Part shown: in pieces, positions 59,552 to 64,000 of the stretch
Layout of the letters: every line of letters starts with the position of its first letter
How positions within the stretch are numbered: the stretch's first letter is position 1
Made by a program: the position numbers and the translations under genes
Origin: Azolla caroliniana
Lineage: Eukaryota > Plantae > Polypodiophyta
Direction: 5' to 3'
DNA length: 64,000 bases
NCBI GenBank assembly: GCA_043228905.1
Contig: JBHGNT010000014.1
Location: 5,704,001 to 5,768,000 of the forward strand
Notes under the pieces: model-generated
Seen by the model: only the letters and a program-made list of their open reading frames with translations
The model's database searches: none
What the model was told of the DNA's origin: nothing

Positions 59552-62500
59552 CACTGTGCACTCTAATCTTGCACCAACAAGAATGACAACCACAACCTAA
59601 GTTTGCCCTAAGTCATATTTATACTAATATGACTTTTCGGCTATTTACAAATATAGCCCCGATGGACTCTTAGGAAACATATTTACGAATATTTCCCTTC
59701 ATCCGGTGAGCACTTCTCACTGGGCCTTCACCATCCGGCTCTTGCTAGGTACTCGTCATCCGGTTCTCACCGGGTCTTCCGTTGCCGGGTAGTCTACATC
59801 CGGTTCTCACTGGGTCTTCCGTTGCCGGGTACTCCACATTCGGTTATCACCGGGTCTTCCGTAGTCGGGTACACCTTATCCGGTTCTCACCGGGTCTTCC
59901 GTAGCCGGGTACTCCTCATCCGGATTCCCATCTGGAGGGACTTGTTTCCTAATAGAGCTCACATTCTAAAGTTGATTGAGCTTCTAAAGGAAAAGGTTAG
60001 GATGGGAATTCTTGAGCCATCCAATGCTCTCTACTCCAATAGATGGTTTATGGTGCCAAAGAAGAATGGGTCCTTACGCTTTATTCAAGATCTCCAACCC
60101 ATCAACAAGGTGACAATCCGAAATACTGGAATTCGTCCAAGCGTGGATGAATTTGTCGAAGCCTTCGCGGAAAGATCGATCTATTCCATTAGTGATCTCT
60201 ACTCGGGCTATGATCAGTTTCAATTGGCCATCGATAGTAGAGACATAACGACAATGAGGACACTGATCGGGTTGGTAAGGATGTGCACCTTACCCAAGGT
60301 GCAACAAATTCCATAGCCCACATGGTGAATGCCATGAACAAAGTGTTGAGGGATTGTATCCCTGATATCACAATGCCCTTCTTAGATGATATTCCAATCA
60401 AAGGATGCTTGGTGGAAGAAAAAGATGAATCAAAAGATGAAGATGGTTGCTGAAGATTCGTCATCGATCATATAAAGGATAGCGAGAAGGTGTTGCAAAA
60501 GCTTGAGGATGTAAATCTCACGTTTTTGGGAGAGAAGTCTGCATTCGGTCAACCAGAAATATTGGTAGTAGGACACTTATGTGGGTCTTATGGCCGGAAG
60601 TCATCTCCATCCAAGGTGAACGCTATTCAAGAGATGAAAGAAGAATGTGTGTCTCAAACAGAGGTGTGCAGATTCTTGGGAGCATGTGCATTCTATCACA
60701 TATGGATTCCACATTATGCTCAAGTCGCTGAACCATTGTATGGATTACTAAAGAAAAGGAAGAAGTTTGAATGGGAAGATGAGCATACTTACGCGTTTCA
60801 AAAGCTAAAGAAACTATTATTGGAAGCTCTGGCACTGCGAAAAGCCGACTACCCCGAAGGTACCCTGATATATGTGACTGTGGATACAAGCCCAACCGGA
60901 ATTGGATGGGTGATAAACCAAGAAGACAAAGAAAAGAATCGGTATGCAATCCGATTCGGTGCAAAGGTGTTAACCAAAAGACAAAGGAAGTATGCCCAAG
61001 TAAAGAGAGAGCTATGGGGAATAGTATCCATGGTTAAAACCAATCGTGACTACCTTATCGGAACAGAGGTCATAATCGAAATTGATTGTCTACCTATTCT
61101 CGGAATGATATCGGGTTGTGCTACACCGGATATTGCTATGCTACGATGGATTGCCTATATCAATTCCCTCAACCCCGAGATTCGACATATAAATGGGAAG
61201 CATAATGTGGTGGCCGATATGTTATCAAGGGCAAGGTATGAGGGTGAAGAAGATTTGCACTCCGTCAAAGAAGATGTTGGCCTAAACTTCTTTACGGTTT
61301 CTTGTGCTCGGGTGCTTGCCATGTTTAAAGTAGAAGATTATGAGGGTGAATTCATCGAAATTGGCAAGTAGTACTTAAGCTCTCTTACAAAGGATGAATC
61401 ATGGTCAAAGGACCGAATTAGGAAGAAGGCCTACAAGTTCTTCCTCAAAGAAGGACATCTATGGAAGTTTCCAAAGAAGAAGAATGGAACTCCAGTTCGA
61501 GTGGTGTGCAAGAAACAAGATCAACAAACACTAATTGTTGAATTTCATGATAGTGTGTGGGCAGGTCATCGAGGTATATGGGCAACATTTGCAAAGCTCA
61601 AGGAGAAGTATTGGTGGCCGGGTGTTTACAAAGATGTAGCAAGCTATGTTGAAACATGTGAGCAATGCCAATTATAGTCGAATATTCAACATAGGGATTA
61701 ACTTCATCCGACATATCCATTATCAATGCACTATAAGTGGTTAGTAGACATAATGGTTATGCTGATGGGATTGGGGCAAATGAAGTATCTCGTGCTAGCA
61801 AGAGAGGATCTCACCAACCAAGTAGAAGGACGGGCGCTAAGGAATAAAACAACTTCGGCGATTTGTAAGTTTCTCCTTGAAGATGTTATTTGTCTATACG
61901 GATGTGTTGCCAAAATAGTAGCTGATAGGGGAGAATTAGATGCAAATGAAGCTAAAGAATTCTTTTCAAGAATAGGCGTCAAACTATCGCTCACCATGGC
62001 ATACAACCCGGACGCAAATGGGAAGGTGGAATGAGGACATAGTCTGATTGTAAAAGCTCTAGCAAAGGCTTGCGACGGGAAGAGGAAATGAGTTGGGATG
62101 ACTTGCTAGCCATGAGGATTCAACAACTAGAACGGAGGCCCGAAGATGTCAAGTTGGCAATAGAACGGTTGCGCCAAGCTCGATTGAAGAACAAGGAGAA
62201 TTTTGATAGGAAGCATCGTCTTGGACAAAGAAAAATTGAAGAAGGAGATTGGGTTCTTGTCTATGATAGTAGTCTCGATAATCAATATAGCACTACTCGA
62301 AAGTTCGCAAAACGATGGTTTGGCCCGTATATGGTCAAGAAAATAGAAAGCAATGCAACCTATTTTTTAGTGAAGTTAGATGGAACTCAACTTGCTTTGC
62401 CAATTGTAGGAAAAAGAATCAAGATCTTTAAGAGAAGAGAGGCCCCAAATCTTGAGATCGAAGCTCTAGATGATACACCCTCGAACATCAAGGTTGAAAA

Positions 62501-62879
62501 AGATAATTAAAAGAGGAACCTCACCACAATTGGCACATACCTTTGGATGTGTAGGTTTTGTGGGGGTGAATGTAATATGATTTTTCACACACGATATGAA
62601 ACACTAGTAAAACTATTATTTAAGATTAGCTTAATGTATTCATATGGAAAGATAGATGTCTTCAAGAGCTTCATAACGTATTTTACTACGCATGAAACGG
62701 ATAAACAAGTATCAAGTTATGTGAGTGTGAAGTTTGAAAAAGAAAAGAAAAGAAAGAAAAGACAAAACTGTGAGATATCCCACATAGATAGGACAACATT
62801 GGAACCCAGGATATATAAGGGAAACCAAAACATATTCATTATATCAATGTGTGGAGCATAGAATGTTCAAGGTGACTTG

Positions 62880-63262
62880 GGTGGTGTGGATGTTTCGAGC
62901 GTATGCACGTGTGCATGGTTGTGTGGACGTTTTCGAACGTACGTGCGTGTGCAAGTTTCGGGCGTATGCGTGCACGGACTCGTGGGACATTCGCACGAAC
63001 GCGTGTGTGTGGACGTTTTCGGACGTACGTGTGTGTGCAAGTTTCAGGCGTACGCGTGCATGGCCGCGTGGACATTTCAGAAGGACGAGTGCGTGCATGG
63101 ACTCGTGGGACGCTCGCACGGACACGTGTGTGTGGACGCTTCGGGCGTATGCACATGTGCACGGTTGTGTGGACGTTTTTGGACGTACGTGCGTGTGCAA
63201 GTTTCGGGTGTACATGTGCACGGACTCCTGGGACGCTCGCACAGATGCGTGTGTGTGGACGA
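62880..63262. repeat. Tandem array in the 3' LTR of element I
   Basis: Repeated GTGTGGACGTTTT/GTGTGCAAGTTTCGGG/GGACTCGTGGGAC units. Confidence 0.82.
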
Positions 63263-63265
63263 GTG

Positions 63266-64000
63266 ACCACCAGGGTCTTGGACTAGGGAGGACGTTCGCA
63301 GAATTATCGAAGAGATGACGATCAATGTAAGATTAGATGAAATTGGTTTACTTGAGAAGAAGAAAGATTGTACACTTGAGAAGTAGAAAAATATGAAGAA
63401 GATAAAGACAAAGATAATTATATTGATAATAATGGTGTTGGTGATATCATATATTGAGCCCCCCTTACACAAGCCCAACTAGAGGCTTTTATAGGTCTTT
63501 CCATGCTTGTGACATGCACAAAACCATGGGCTAAAACCATGGTTTTGTGCACACGGTTTTGCTTATGTCATGCACAAACCATGGGTTTAGAACCATGGTT
63601 TTGTGCACATGGTTTTGTATGGTTGTTTCATCTATAATTCATATATAAAAGGGAAATACATAAAATCTACATTATATGATAGTTGTCCTAATGGTAAGGC
63701 AATTATCTTGTATCTTAGAGGTGCAAGGTTCAAACCTTGCTTGCACCCATGTGTATGAACTCAAGTGCCACTAGGCCTTAGGTTTATTTGCTAAGTGCAT
63801 GTGCAATGTTGCACATCCTTGGTTTATTCTTCTCACTCGGTTTCACACCGTAGTCGAAAATCGTCACGACATCCACCCCCACCAAACCCACACATCCTCC
63901 GGTATGTGCCGAGAAAGGTGAAGAGGTGAGATCTTTGGCAACGGTGATCAACCGAGTTCCTCTGCACGCTCGTTGACCTCTTCTGACTTCGTCTTCCACT
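63266..64000 (-). mobile_element. 3' LTR (about 63266-63871) and 3' end of another gypsy element O that continues beyond the window
   Basis: LTR start TGTCGTGAC at 63871, next to PPT GGTGGGGGTGGA as in element E. TATAAAA on the minus strand near 63490. The left end resembles the G LTR U5 but lacks its terminus. Confidence 0.75.
63684..63737 (+). promoter_or_regulatory. tRNA-like A-box/B-box module in the element O LTR, antisense
   Basis: TGTCCTAATGG, 32 nt, GGTTCAAACC. Confidence 0.55.

Larger units (their letters stand above)
54078..59954 (-). mobile_element. Full-length decayed copia element M, inserted in the pol of element I
   Basis: LTRs 54078-54782 and 59247-59954, visibly more diverged than those of F or H. 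TSD GAGCT at 54073-54077 and 59955-59959. iMet PBS 59232-59243. Host rejoins as VPRAHIL. Confidence 0.94.
50591..63265 (+). mobile_element. Decayed Trp-primed gypsy element I, both LTRs truncated, split by element M
   Basis: 5' LTR remnant ending ACGACA at 51445. PBS 51454-51471. gag-PR 51467-53343. pol 53334-54077 and 59955-62510. PPT GTGGGGGTGAA, then 3' LTR from 62571. The same repeat array occurs in both LTR remnants. Confidence 0.82.

Noticed and set aside
62839-63318. Overlapping His/Arg/Cys-rich ORFs in several frames
   Set aside because: Translations of a stop-poor tandem repeat. The same applies to 50565-51001.

Overview
Eukaryotic heterochromatin-type DNA, most likely from a non-seed land plant (inferred from the element lineages). 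No host gene was found. The window is almost entirely a multi-layer nest of LTR retrotransposons. It holds Ty1/copia elements (one intact with apparently identical LTRs at 21571-27262), a Tcn1/Tf1-like chromovirus (6108-32437) hosting three direct and two second-level insertions, a plant-type chromovirus, several tRNA-Trp-primed non-chromovirus Ty3/gypsy elements, solo LTRs and deletion junctions. Most LTR ends, TSDs, PBS and PPT sites can be read directly. The most unusual signal is a tRNA-like Pol III promoter module (A box, 32-33 nt, B box), always antisense and upstream of the TATA box, in five LTRs from four families in two gypsy lineages. Other notable items are a self-complementary (Tf1-like) primer site, two kinds of -1 frameshift signal, a DHG protease motif, TG...TA LTR ends, a hairpin array in a 5' leader and a capsid-swapped copia.
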